Shown: positions 26,274 through 36,282 of the stretch, in pieces
Position numbering within the stretch: the first letter of the stretch is position 1
How the letters are laid out: every line of letters begins with the position of its first letter
The notes under the pieces: generated by a model
What the model was told of the DNA's origin: nothing
The model's input: only the letters and a program-made list of their open reading frames with translations
Databases searched by the model: none
IMG/VR virus record: IMGVR_UViG_3300030430_003035
Location: 1 to 53,130 of that record
Source of the DNA: a virus
Taxonomy: Duplodnaviria; Caudoviricetes
Direction: 5' to 3' (one strand)
Length of the DNA: 53,130 bases
Made by a program: the position numbers and the translations under genes

Positions 26274-27077
26274 ATGGCAACACAAACAAAACCCGCTACA
26301 GCGGTAAAGAAAAAACCTATGGCTAAAAAGGAAGGCTATAAGGTTATCAAAAAAGAATCTTCCGCACCTACTATCACGATATTTGAAATACCAGAAGGTG
26401 GAGGAATACTTCGAGTAATTAAACCACAAGCAAGTGTGTACGATGAAGAATCAAATCAAGTTCGTACAATTCGTTACTGTCCAGGAGAGCCAAGTGTTTT
26501 TACAGATGAGCAAAGTGCAAATGCTGTGCGTTCTCATGTAATGTTTAGAGACGGCGTTCTTGCTGTACCTGTAGATAAACCTAATCTTAAAAAATTCTTA
26601 GAATTACATCCTCAAAATATGGCTAATGGCGGAGGAGTCTTTAAAGTGTTAGACAGAAGCGGGGACTCTAAGGATGAAATGGAGCAAGAGTTTTTAACTC
26701 ACGATGCTGTTGCTTTGGTCAGAAACAAAGAGTCAGATGAAATTCTTTCTGTCGCATTGACTTATGGAATAAACATTAGTCAAAGTATGATAGATATAAG
26801 AAGAGAATTATTACGCGAAGCAAAAGCAAATCCAAAAGATTTTATTGCAAAGTTCGATGACCCAAGAGTAAAAGTTCGCTCTGCTGTCATTCAATCAGGA
26901 GAGTTTCAAATACTATCATTTAAACCAGATGGAGTGTATTGGTTTGACAGCGGAAGGTTAATTCTTTCTGTGCCTGCAGGTCAAGACCCTACTGATATAA
27001 TGGTTAGATTCTGTCTAACAGAAAAAGGTGCTACTGTTTATGAAGAATTAGTTTCTAGATTAGAAAAACTTTCTTAA
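26274..27077 (+). CDS. Conserved post-capsid protein of unknown function
   Basis: RTIRYC..EPSVF.DEQ, FRDG.L and FLELHP motifs; position after MCP. Confidence 0.7.
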   Translation: MATQTKPATAVKKKPMAKKEGYKVIKKESSAPTITIFEIPEGGGILRVIKPQASVYDEESNQVRTIRYCPGEPSVFTDEQSANAVRSHVMFRDGVLAVPVDKPNLKKFLELHPQNMANGGGVFKVLDRSGDSKDEMEQEFLTHDAVALVRNKESDEILSVALTYGINISQSMIDIRRELLREAKANPKDFIAKFDDPRVKVRSAVIQSGEFQILSFKPDGVYWFDSGRLILSVPAGQDPTDIMVRFCLTEKGATVYEELVSRLEKLS

Positions 27078-27132
27078 TTTTGCACCATCTTGTTTTCTTA
27101 AGCATAGAAAATCAAGAGTCGGTTAAACACGT

Positions 27133-27159
27133 AAGAGGGCCCAAAAGGCCCTCTTTTTT
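27133..27159 (+). terminator. Intrinsic terminator
   Basis: AAGAGGGCC-CAAAA-GGCCCTCTT-TTTT. Confidence 0.88.
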
Positions 27160-27164
27160 ATTCG

Positions 27165-27172
27165 TATATTTG
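27165..27172 (+). promoter_or_regulatory. TAnnTTTG promoter box for tail genes
   Basis: TATATTTG immediately after the terminator. Confidence 0.7.
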
Positions 27173-27191
27173 CTATAAAGCCAAAAGGTAT

Positions 27192-27944
27192 ATGGCAAGT
27201 GTAGAAAGAGTATTTAAAGCAGTAAAAGATATAGCGAACAAGGATCAGAGAGGATTCATTACACCCGCTATATTCAATCAGTTTGCAGGCGTAGCACAGA
27301 TGAACATTTTTAATAGAATGTTTACTGATACTACTTTAGCAAATAGACTAAGACGCGCACAGTTTGATGGACCTCGACAGTTTGCGAAAACAAAAAGCAT
27401 TCAAGAAGACCTATCTACTTTTGCAAAGAAGTCAGAACTTACATTGACTTCTGGTGCTGTAGATAAGCCAAGTGACTTTGCACGTGTAATATCTATTAGT
27501 ACGGTAGGGAAAACAATTCTTGGAGAAAAGAAACAACCCCTTGTTCAAATAGTATATAACGAAGAACACATTGACAGAATACTAAATAGTGACCTGTCTG
27601 CACCTTCTGATGAATCTCCCGTTGCTCTTATTGGAGACAACATTGAGGTTTTTCCAAATACAAATACAAGTATATCTAAGATAAATCTCAGGTACTACAA
27701 GTTACCACAAGGCATAGTTCCTACTACAGGAGCAAAGTCAACATCGTCTCCTTCTTTTGGATACACGTCTTCTGTTGCAGGTGTAGAGATTTACAGCGCT
27801 GCGAACAGTGTAGACTTTGAATTACCAGAGCATTACTTTACAGAAATAGTAAATGAAATATGTTTGCTTGCAGGAGTAAACCTAAGAGACCGAGACTTGT
27901 ACACTTATGGTAACACCGAAACAACTAAAGACGAGAAACAATAA
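27192..27944 (+). CDS. Tail ring or adaptor protein 1
   Basis: NKDQRGFITP..FN..A..AQ and DFELP motifs; position. Confidence 0.7.
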   Translation: MASVERVFKAVKDIANKDQRGFITPAIFNQFAGVAQMNIFNRMFTDTTLANRLRRAQFDGPRQFAKTKSIQEDLSTFAKKSELTLTSGAVDKPSDFARVISISTVGKTILGEKKQPLVQIVYNEEHIDRILNSDLSAPSDESPVALIGDNIEVFPNTNTSISKINLRYYKLPQGIVPTTGAKSTSSPSFGYTSSVAGVEIYSAANSVDFELPEHYFTEIVNEICLLAGVNLRDRDLYTYGNTETTKDEKQ

Positions 27945-28687
27945 TGAGCCAAGCGTACGTAACAGTAGATAAAGTAATCAACGATTATATCATGGGTATA
28001 GACTCAGACGACTATGGGTCTAATGCTACAGACTATATGCTTCGTCAATATGCCCTGAGAGGTATACGTGAGTTTAGTTTTGATATGGTGCACAACATAA
28101 AAACCACGTTGCTAGAAGTAAATGAAACATTAGGAACGGTAGAACTTCCTTCTGATTTTGTAGACATAGTAAAACTTGGTCAACTTGGTCTTGATGGGTT
28201 AGTGTATGTTTTTGCTGAAAATGAAAACATAAATCTTCTCCCAGATCAGCCCGCAGATTCTATACCAGACTATCTTGTTGGTTTTGACTCTTATGTTTTT
28301 AGAAACTTTATTTACGAATCCACTGTAGGTAGACTATATGGTCTTGGTGGAGGACAAGGTGCAGGGGAGTACAGAATCAACTGGGAAGAAAACAGAATTG
28401 AAATATCTTTAGTTTCAAGTACCACACAAGTTGTTTTAGAATATATATCTGATGCAGCAAAGTCTGATAACCCTTGTGTTCCTGTATATGCAGAAGAAGC
28501 ATTACGCGCATATATTTATTATAAGGTAATCATGCGTAAGTCAAGTGTTCCTGCGATAGAAAAACAACGTGCACGCAAAGAATACTACAACGAAAGAAGA
28601 TTGGCTAATGCAAGACTTAAATCATTTAATAAGTTTGATGCATTGAGCACAAGTAGAAGAAACTTCAAACTAAGTCCAAAAGCATAA
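27944..28687 (+). CDS. Tail ring or adaptor protein 2
   Basis: A.RG.REF.FD, LPSDFV..VK, LEYISD and AEEAL.AYI motifs. Confidence 0.7.
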   Translation: MSQAYVTVDKVINDYIMGIDSDDYGSNATDYMLRQYALRGIREFSFDMVHNIKTTLLEVNETLGTVELPSDFVDIVKLGQLGLDGLVYVFAENENINLLPDQPADSIPDYLVGFDSYVFRNFIYESTVGRLYGLGGGQGAGEYRINWEENRIEISLVSSTTQVVLEYISDAAKSDNPCVPVYAEEALRAYIYYKVIMRKSSVPAIEKQRARKEYYNERRLANARLKSFNKFDALSTSRRNFKLSPKA

Positions 28688-28690
28688 TAG

Positions 28691-31600
28691 ATGCCGAGAA
28701 TAGATAAATTACTTCCTCGCTCTCTAAATACAGACGACGATGAGCGCCTAATAAAGTCCACACAGATGACAGATGCGCAAAATATCCGTGTGTCTGTTGA
28801 TGTTGAGGAGGATGCTCTTGTATTAAAAAACGCTTGGGGAAACACGCTTCGTTCTTCATCAATTGAAAACGGTAGCATGCCTTCAGGTGTTAATGTAGCG
28901 ATTGGCGCTGTAGCAGACGATGCTTCTGCTCAGATTTATTATTTTGTATATAATGGCTCTAACAATCACACGATATTTAGATACGATCAGAATGCAAAGA
29001 AAACATTCATCGTTTATCAAGATGCTGTATTAAACTTTTCAAAAGAGGGGTTCATTACAGCGAGCATTGTAACGCTGTCTAACAACGATACACTTTTGTA
29101 TTTTAATGATGGTGTTACAGAGCCTAAAAAGATTAACGCTACTATTGCAGAACAAACCTTTTCGGGAGTAGGGGGATATGACTCTACGTTTAGCAGTGGC
29201 ACCGTTCAGGAAAGAACCAATTATATTACTGTTGCAAAACAGCCACCTCTTTCTCCGCCGACTATATCATTCTCTACAAATACAAAGTATTCCCAAAATG
29301 ACATATTTGATAAGAACTTTCAGTTTGCTTATCAGTACGTATACTTTGATGGAGAGCATAGCGCGCTTAGTCCTTATTCTAAATTGTCTGTATCTGACAA
29401 TCAACTAAAAGATGGATTTTTAACTTTTGAAGAAAGAACAAAAAAGAATCAAATAGACATAACTGTTAAGCAGTCTAATCTTGATGTAAAAGAAATAAAC
29501 GTTTACGCAAGGCTTGGTGATAAAGATTCTGCATTCTTTTTAATCGAAACCATTGATAACAATCATGGAACTGCTGATGTTGTAGTTCCTTTTAGAAACG
29601 AGTCTAACTACATAGGACTATCAGCATTAACTCAAGATAAGTTTTACGACAACGTCCCTCAAAAAGCAGATAGCCAAGCAATATCGCAGGGTAGACTTTT
29701 CTATGGGGGATACACAGAAGGGTATAACAATGTTGACATAGACGCTACAGCGGTTCCTAATTACTATGCAAAGCCTGATACTTTTTCTATACAGGTGAAT
29801 AAGTTTGATGACGAACTTGAAAAAGGTGCAGGTATAGAGATAGATTTGTCCTCTTTGCCGGCAACAGTAGAAACTGATTCTAAGGTTTTGTTATCGTTCT
29901 CATTTAATGATGGTGCGATAATGATTACAAACGAGTTAGGAAAAAATAGAGACTTTACGTTTTTCCGTAGTACAGACACTAGTGAGATTAGTGTTAATAG
30001 AAACAAGACTGGCGGACTCAGCCTAAACTTAAGTCAATCAAATAAACTTGAGGCGCTGTCAGGTCTTAGATATAAGATTGTTACTTCAGGAGCAACTGCA
30101 GGCGCCGGCGGAAATGAGGTTGGTCTAAATGTTGAGGGGACATTAAATGGTCCTCCTACAATTAGATTTGCAGTTCAAAAAAATACCTCAGACACCAGAG
30201 AAGACATTGTGCCCATAAGAAGAATAGATGATGGGATTAAACTTATAAGCAGTGGAATTCAAGTAAGAAAAGTTTTAGAAATACCCGCAGGCACTACATT
30301 AGATGGGGTGATGACAATTATCTCTGAGGAACTGAACGGTTTGTATCCGATTCAATATTCTCCTCAAGCAGGAGAGGCGGGCTTCAGTGGTTTCCGTACA
30401 GGTGGGGATACTTTAGCAAATGAAGAGACAGGAGCGTTTTTTGGATATGGGGATGTTTGGCTAAGAGAGATAAATAGGAATGAAAATCCAACTACCGGAG
30501 CCACCGCTGCAGGAAAAATGTACTTTAAGTTATCTATAAGTAAAGCAACATTAGCCTTAAACAAACTAACATTTGGAACTAAACAGGCTGAGGTATTAGA
30601 AGCAGACGGAACAAGTTCTCAGTTTGATATTATAGAAGCAAACATAAATGGTTTACTATCTGCTATACCTACGTTTTCTAGAATACCTAACATGCAAGGA
30701 CGATTTATCAGCAATCAGGCATATCAGCATGGAAAAGGCGCTGTTGTAAAAAGAAACGGTTCTTATGTAACTCAAGGAGGCAGTTTCTTGATACAGGAAA
30801 GCGACATGGAAGGAAATCGTGCTTTTAAATCAGGTGCATCTCATGAGTTTGGAATCATATATTATGATGATAAAGGAAGACCGTCAGGGGTTCAGCCTTT
30901 ATCTGAAGACCCATTTATTGAACATACCAATAACCGATCTGGAGAAAACAATCTAGATGGTCGGGCGGATATAGTTTTTAGAATCCTAAAAAACGAGGCG
31001 CCTGAATGGGCAGAGAGATACGGAATAGTATATGCAGGACAAGGTTCCATAAAAAATAAGTTACAGTATTCTATAGGAGGAGCGTATCTTGCTTTAAATG
31101 ATGACACACAAGGTTCTTTTGGTTCTGCTAAAACAATATACCTTTCCTTAAACACACTTCAAAGCAAAGCAAATTCTTACGATAATCAGCAAGGAGCACT
31201 TATTAATTATGGATTCGCAGAGGGCGACAGATTAAGAATTGTTCGATATGGTGATGATGTAAAAAGCACAGCAGATTTTAGAATATCAAGATTTGATACT
31301 CTTTTAGCGGATATTAGCACCAACCCTCTTTTAGACAGAAGTTCAAAGGCAGCAATACAAAATACTACCGGAGACTTTTTAGTTATTGAAGATAACGGAA
31401 CAGAGGGCTTTGACATAAGCAGTATTCTTGATGGAAACTCTAACTGGAACAATAAGTGTGTTGTAGAGATATACAGAGAGTCAGATGCTTTTGAAGAAAC
31501 ATTCTATTATCAAATAGGTGAAAACAGAGCGGTAAATAGTGACCGAACACATCAAAGCGAAAGGGTAACTAGCACAGGTATAAACTCTAAGATAATATCT

Positions 31601-33772
31601 CAAAGCGGAGACTCTGTAGTAATAGAAACCCAAGAAAAAGTATACAAAGGTGACCTTATGGACATCCAAGGCAACGGAGTATTTTCTGCACAAGTGGGCA
31701 ATGTTTCTGATAATCCTAGCACAGATGGATACTCCTACAAGGTGTACTTAATAGATAGAACTGCAACATATACACCCGGTGCTACTTCAACGTCAGGTGC
31801 TATAAGCAATCCAGATGTAGTCGTTCAGTTTAATCAAGGGGACTCTTATTATAGATTAAGAACCTTGTACTATGGTAGTGCCCCGAGAAAAGGAGACGTT
31901 TGGAGAAACATGGCTCAGGCCTTTAGTCAAAATGCAATTGTAGACTTTATAGAAGACCCACGTGTAAGTGATTTTTATCCTTCAGAATTTTGTTCTTTAG
32001 GAAAGACTTTTGCTTACCTGCCTGATGCAAAAAGAATTAAAAGGTACGGTTCAATAACATACTCAGACCCGTTTGCATTTGAGGCTAATAAATTAGGTCT
32101 TTCTTCTTTTAACATTACTACACAAAACTTTAAAGACTTATCATACGATTATGGGTCTTTAAAATCACTGATTCCTTACGATGAGTTCTTGTATGTAATA
32201 CACGAGCGCAGAAGTGGAATCATTCCTATAGGCAGAAACATACTTACAGCGAACGATGGAGAATCACTAACTGCTACAAATAAGGTTGTAGGTCCAGTAA
32301 AATATTATGTAGGAGAATACGGGGTAAACAACAATCCTGAATCTGTGGCTTACTATAGGGGTTCAGTGTTCTTTGTTGATGCAAAGGCAGGAAAGGTTCT
32401 TAGAATTAACTTCCAATCAGGGATGTCTATTATTAGTGAAATTCAAGTAGACTCATTCTTTAAGAGTAAGATGTTTGCTACAAGCACATCTGCTAAAAAT
32501 AGAAGGTATAGAGCGGGGATGGATAGGGAGAACTATGAATACATAATAAGTTCCCCTGCTTTGTTTACATCAGCGCTTAGTATTGACAACACCTGTGCTT
32601 CTACTACAGCGAGCGGAAACGGAAGAACGAATAGCGGAGGCACGATTATTAATGTAACCGCTGTATACGATAACTCTCTGACGTTTGATTTTAATAACGA
32701 CACAAGAAAATGGGAGTGCTCAGAAGAAAACTGGGAAGACTCAGGTAAAGCAATGGTTTTAATAGACCAACTTACCAATAACCCAATCGTAGGAATATCA
32801 GAAGATTTATCTCCCGTTGTTACTGGTGCTAATGCAAACATTCCTACACTAATGACTTCATCTGCTTATCAAGCATTCCATACAGGAGTGTATAGTCAAA
32901 GTACAGAGGAGATAACTCCAAACACAGGATTATCAGGTTCTTCATTTACCATAGCAACCCCTAGTGAAACACTGCCTTCATTTACCATCGCTTATGATGT
33001 TAGGTCTAACTTCTGGACTACAAGGTATTCGTATATAGCAGAGGAGTTTGCAGGTCTTTCTGATCGTATATACACATTTAAAGATGGTGCTATTTATGAA
33101 CACAATCCTAGCGCTAACAGAAACACATTCTACGGAGTTGCAGGAGATAGTATTATAGAGTGTATATCTAACTTTAATCCATCTATGGTAAAGGCTTATG
33201 AGGCTATAAGTTTAGAAGGAAATAACTCAAGTTGGACAGCAACTCTTTCAAACAGCGACCAAACAAGCACAATAGCGTCTTCTATATGGGAAGAAAAAGA
33301 AGGGTTTTACTACGGTGCTATTCATCAAGATTCAACCAATAATGTGGACTATACGGCAACTGCTAATATTAGTTCTGTTAGCGGAACCTCTGAGGTGTTT
33401 GGCTTAGGAAGTGTTTCTTCTATTACGGGATCAGACGCTTTTATAACATTTAAAAACACAATAAACAACATGAGTTTCCCGCTAGGTGTTACTACGGCGT
33501 TGTTTAAAATCAGTGGTTCTAATTTAGTCCCATTACAGCGATATGCTGTATCAATAAATAGCGAGAAAAAATTGGAGTGCAATGCGACGATTACAGGTCT
33601 ATCAGCAGATGACCAAATAGTTTTAATTGCAAACTCTGCAATTGAAGGAGATACAATTAGAGACTACTATTTAAAAGCAAAACTGGTTAACTCTTCAACT
33701 TCAGCGCATGAATTGTATGCGATTAATTTTATATATAATAAGTCTAATCTACACAACCAACAAGGAAAGTAG
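28691..33772 (+). CDS. Tail nozzle/muzzle (P22 gp10 or tubular B-like) protein
   Basis: LNTDDDERL..DAQNIRV start, EPKKIN, FAYQY, FKSG..HEFGI.YYD..GR and YG..NPES motifs. Confidence 0.78.
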   Translation: MPRIDKLLPRSLNTDDDERLIKSTQMTDAQNIRVSVDVEEDALVLKNAWGNTLRSSSIENGSMPSGVNVAIGAVADDASAQIYYFVYNGSNNHTIFRYDQNAKKTFIVYQDAVLNFSKEGFITASIVTLSNNDTLLYFNDGVTEPKKINATIAEQTFSGVGGYDSTFSSGTVQERTNYITVAKQPPLSPPTISFSTNTKYSQNDIFDKNFQFAYQYVYFDGEHSALSPYSKLSVSDNQLKDGFLTFEERTKKNQIDITVKQSNLDVKEINVYARLGDKDSAFFLIETIDNNHGTADVVVPFRNESNYIGLSALTQDKFYDNVPQKADSQAISQGRLFYGGYTEGYNNVDIDATAVPNYYAKPDTFSIQVNKFDDELEKGAGIEIDLSSLPATVETDSKVLLSFSFNDGAIMITNELGKNRDFTFFRSTDTSEISVNRNKTGGLSLNLSQSNKLEALSGLRYKIVTSGATAGAGGNEVGLNVEGTLNGPPTIRFAVQKNTSDTREDIVPIRRIDDGIKLISSGIQVRKVLEIPAGTTLDGVMTIISEELNGLYPIQYSPQAGEAGFSGFRTGGDTLANEETGAFFGYGDVWLREINRNENPTTGATAAGKMYFKLSISKATLALNKLTFGTKQAEVLEADGTSSQFDIIEANINGLLSAIPTFSRIPNMQGRFISNQAYQHGKGAVVKRNGSYVTQGGSFLIQESDMEGNRAFKSGASHEFGIIYYDDKGRPSGVQPLSEDPFIEHTNNRSGENNLDGRADIVFRILKNEAPEWAERYGIVYAGQGSIKNKLQYSIGGAYLALNDDTQGSFGSAKTIYLSLNTLQSKANSYDNQQGALINYGFAEGDRLRIVRYGDDVKSTADFRISRFDTLLADISTNPLLDRSSKAAIQNTTGDFLVIEDNGTEGFDISSILDGNSNWNNKCVVEIYRESDAFEETFYYQIGENRAVNSDRTHQSERVTSTGINSKIISQSGDSVVIETQEKVYKGDLMDIQGNGVFSAQVGNVSDNPSTDGYSYKVYLIDRTATYTPGATSTSGAISNPDVVVQFNQGDSYYRLRTLYYGSAPRKGDVWRNMAQAFSQNAIVDFIEDPRVSDFYPSEFCSLGKTFAYLPDAKRIKRYGSITYSDPFAFEANKLGLSSFNITTQNFKDLSYDYGSLKSLIPYDEFLYVIHERRSGIIPIGRNILTANDGESLTATNKVVGPVKYYVGEYGVNNNPESVAYYRGSVFFVDAKAGKVLRINFQSGMSIISEIQVDSFFKSKMFATSTSAKNRRYRAGMDRENYEYIISSPALFTSALSIDNTCASTTASGNGRTNSGGTIINVTAVYDNSLTFDFNNDTRKWECSEENWEDSGKAMVLIDQLTNNPIVGISEDLSPVVTGANANIPTLMTSSAYQAFHTGVYSQSTEEITPNTGLSGSSFTIATPSETLPSFTIAYDVRSNFWTTRYSYIAEEFAGLSDRIYTFKDGAIYEHNPSANRNTFYGVAGDSIIECISNFNPSMVKAYEAISLEGNNSSWTATLSNSDQTSTIASSIWEEKEGFYYGAIHQDSTNNVDYTATANISSVSGTSEVFGLGSVSSITGSDAFITFKNTINNMSFPLGVTTALFKISGSNLVPLQRYAVSINSEKKLECNATITGLSADDQIVLIANSAIEGDTIRDYYLKAKLVNSSTSAHELYAINFIYNKSNLHNQQGK

Positions 33773-33781
33773 ATAAAGTAG

Positions 33782-33789
33782 TATTTTTG
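33782..33789 (+). promoter_or_regulatory. TAnnTTTG promoter box, 4 nt before ATG
   Basis: TATTTTTG-CATT-ATG. Confidence 0.7.
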
Positions 33790-33793
33790 CATT

Positions 33794-34597
33794 ATGAATA
33801 AGTATAAAGATTTTTTTGTAGGAGGCTTGATAAACATAGGAGCAGGGGCCATCAAAGCAGGAGTCGGTGCATATCAAGAGCGCCAAGCAAAAAAGAAAAT
33901 GGCGCAAGCAGATGAAATCGCCGAAGGTGCCATAAGAACACAAGCCGCAAGACAGCGTATTGCTAAACAAGAAACAGATGCACAAAGTGCTATAGATGCT
34001 GCACTAAGAGCGCAAGCAACTGCAGCGGAACAACTCGAACAATCAGGAGGCTCTCGTGCTGTTATATCAGCAACTCCGGGCTTAGTCAGGGCAACTAATC
34101 TTGCTACAAGCGAAGCAATAGAAGAGTTTGGAACACAAGGCGCAAGGGTTAATCAAGCGATTGAAGACCTTGAGATGCAACAAATGGCTGACCGAACAAG
34201 AAGTAATTTAGACAGGCTTCAATTAGCGGGTGATGCGGCAGCAACATTAAAATTCTCTGGATTCTCAGATATAGCAAAAGGGGCTGCAGAGGTTGCAGGA
34301 GACACTTTGTTTGATGGAGACGTAGATGACGATGACGATGATAACGAAAATAGAGAAGAAGGGGGAGTTCAAAAAAACCCACTAAAAGAAGAAGTTGAGA
34401 AAACCCCTGGTGAATTTTCTCATGATAGTAATCCAATAGATATAGTACAAGAAGGGGAAAAGATAGGAGAAATGACAGGGGGCGAATACATATTCAATCC
34501 AGATCAGGCTGAAAAACTTCTCGAACTTTCTAAAGAAGGAGATACAGAACTACATATATTCGTTCGTAACTTACTAAATCAAGAACAGTTTAAATAA
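33794..34597 (+). CDS. Ejection/cargo protein 1
   Basis: Gly/Ala-rich N-terminal helix, coiled coil, TPGEFSH..NPI and E.TGGEYIFNP motifs. Confidence 0.6.
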   Translation: MNKYKDFFVGGLINIGAGAIKAGVGAYQERQAKKKMAQADEIAEGAIRTQAARQRIAKQETDAQSAIDAALRAQATAAEQLEQSGGSRAVISATPGLVRATNLATSEAIEEFGTQGARVNQAIEDLEMQQMADRTRSNLDRLQLAGDAAATLKFSGFSDIAKGAAEVAGDTLFDGDVDDDDDDNENREEGGVQKNPLKEEVEKTPGEFSHDSNPIDIVQEGEKIGEMTGGEYIFNPDQAEKLLELSKEGDTELHIFVRNLLNQEQFK

Positions 34598-34598
34598 A

Positions 34599-36278
34599 AT
34601 GGCCGATACATCTACATTTATGTCCATAGCATCGTCAATTCCTGACGTAGATTATGGTGCAATATACAGAAACGCAAAATTAAGAAGGGAACTTGAGGAA
34701 GAAAGAAAACTTCGATATTTAAACCAATTCCAACAAGAGCGGGGTTCTTTTACACCCGGCATGCAGGATGAGTTGCAGGCTGAATGGGATGCTATTGAGG
34801 CTGACTTAGATTCAGGGGATATGTCTTTTAAAGCAAAGGCTAGAAGACAACGTATGTATAACACATACAAGGACCACGCTGCAAATGCTTTGAACTACTC
34901 TACTGCGATTAATAACATTGAATCAACTGTACTAGCAGACCCCTCTGCATATAATGACCCTGCTGATATTCTTCAGCAACTACAAACTGCACGTGAGTTA
35001 AACATTCCAGTTATTGGTTTTCAGCAAGCGATTGATGAGTTGCCAAAGTTAGCAAGTTTAAGAAGATATGCATTAACAGAAATATCTCCTAATGCCGCAG
35101 CAGGTTCTATTTTACAGAATTTAAAAACCTCTGGGGGCATCAATAGGTTTTACGATACCGAGGAGTCTGGTGAGATAAACCCACAAGCAATACAAAATTC
35201 TGTTGGTGCTTGGTTTAATGCAAATGCTCTTTCTCAAGAAGAAGAAGATCAGGCAATCGCTTATGTTATGCATCAACAAGGTGCGCTTGACGGAACAATG
35301 AAAGATATTTCATCACTTAAAAATCTTTCTGATGACGCTAGAGCACAATATATTGGTCAATATGCAGGGTATGTGACTACTGCATTAACCAACATGCTTG
35401 CTAGCGATATCGAAACTGAAAAAGAGAAAACACAAAGAGACCTAAACACTTATAGAACTAAAGCAAGAATTACAGCACAAGAGAATGCTGCTGCTCGGTC
35501 GGCTTCAACACCTGATATATTTACAGCGATGATAGGAGATGTACAGTACTCTCCTCCTTTAACTCCAAACGAAAGAGGGCAAATAGTAAAAAGAGAAGAG
35601 CCAAATGCAGTGAGCGCAGGAATGGATGTGCATGCCCTAATAGAAGGTACTCAGCCTTCATATCTTGCCCAAGACGGAACTCAATATTTTATTGAGTCTA
35701 TCGGTATAAATGATGATGGAAGAGAAGTCGCTGTAGTTAGATTCAACCAAGACGTAATAACCGGCAAAGCAGACAAGGACAAGCATGTTGCTCGTACTCT
35801 GGTTTTTGCAGATGAGATTCCATTAACCGGATTAAGCAATGCAAGTCAAGGGGAAAAAATAAGAGAAACCTATAAGGCCATGCTTCCTTATTGGTCAAGA
35901 AACTTTGCAGGAAGACAAACTCAGCCTGTTAACCAAGATGGTCCAGGTTTAACAGAACAGAAAATAGAACAAGGAATTTCTGATATTGCTGATCTTGTTT
36001 CAGGATTAGGACCAACTCAAGATGTACCTCTCCCCCCTGAAGGTCTTCCTTTTAACGTACAAGCAACTACAATACCAAGGCCGACTTATTTCCCTGAGTT
36101 AAGTTATGGAGACTGGATTGCATTAGGAAAAAGAACAGGAGGCCACTCTAATGCTATAACAGAATTAGTTAGACAGCAGTACGGAAGGATTGCCTCTTTG
36201 ACTCCACAGGAAAGAATAGAGGCTCGTGCTGATATCAAGAAAAAACTTTCAGAGCAATTCGGAATAGATATTAAATAA
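34599..36278 (+). CDS. Ejection/cargo protein 2
   Basis: Helical 559-aa protein between cargo genes. Confidence 0.55.
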   Translation: MADTSTFMSIASSIPDVDYGAIYRNAKLRRELEEERKLRYLNQFQQERGSFTPGMQDELQAEWDAIEADLDSGDMSFKAKARRQRMYNTYKDHAANALNYSTAINNIESTVLADPSAYNDPADILQQLQTARELNIPVIGFQQAIDELPKLASLRRYALTEISPNAAAGSILQNLKTSGGINRFYDTEESGEINPQAIQNSVGAWFNANALSQEEEDQAIAYVMHQQGALDGTMKDISSLKNLSDDARAQYIGQYAGYVTTALTNMLASDIETEKEKTQRDLNTYRTKARITAQENAAARSASTPDIFTAMIGDVQYSPPLTPNERGQIVKREEPNAVSAGMDVHALIEGTQPSYLAQDGTQYFIESIGINDDGREVAVVRFNQDVITGKADKDKHVARTLVFADEIPLTGLSNASQGEKIRETYKAMLPYWSRNFAGRQTQPVNQDGPGLTEQKIEQGISDIADLVSGLGPTQDVPLPPEGLPFNVQATTIPRPTYFPELSYGDWIALGKRTGGHSNAITELVRQQYGRIASLTPQERIEARADIKKKLSEQFGIDIK

Positions 36279-36282
36279 AATT

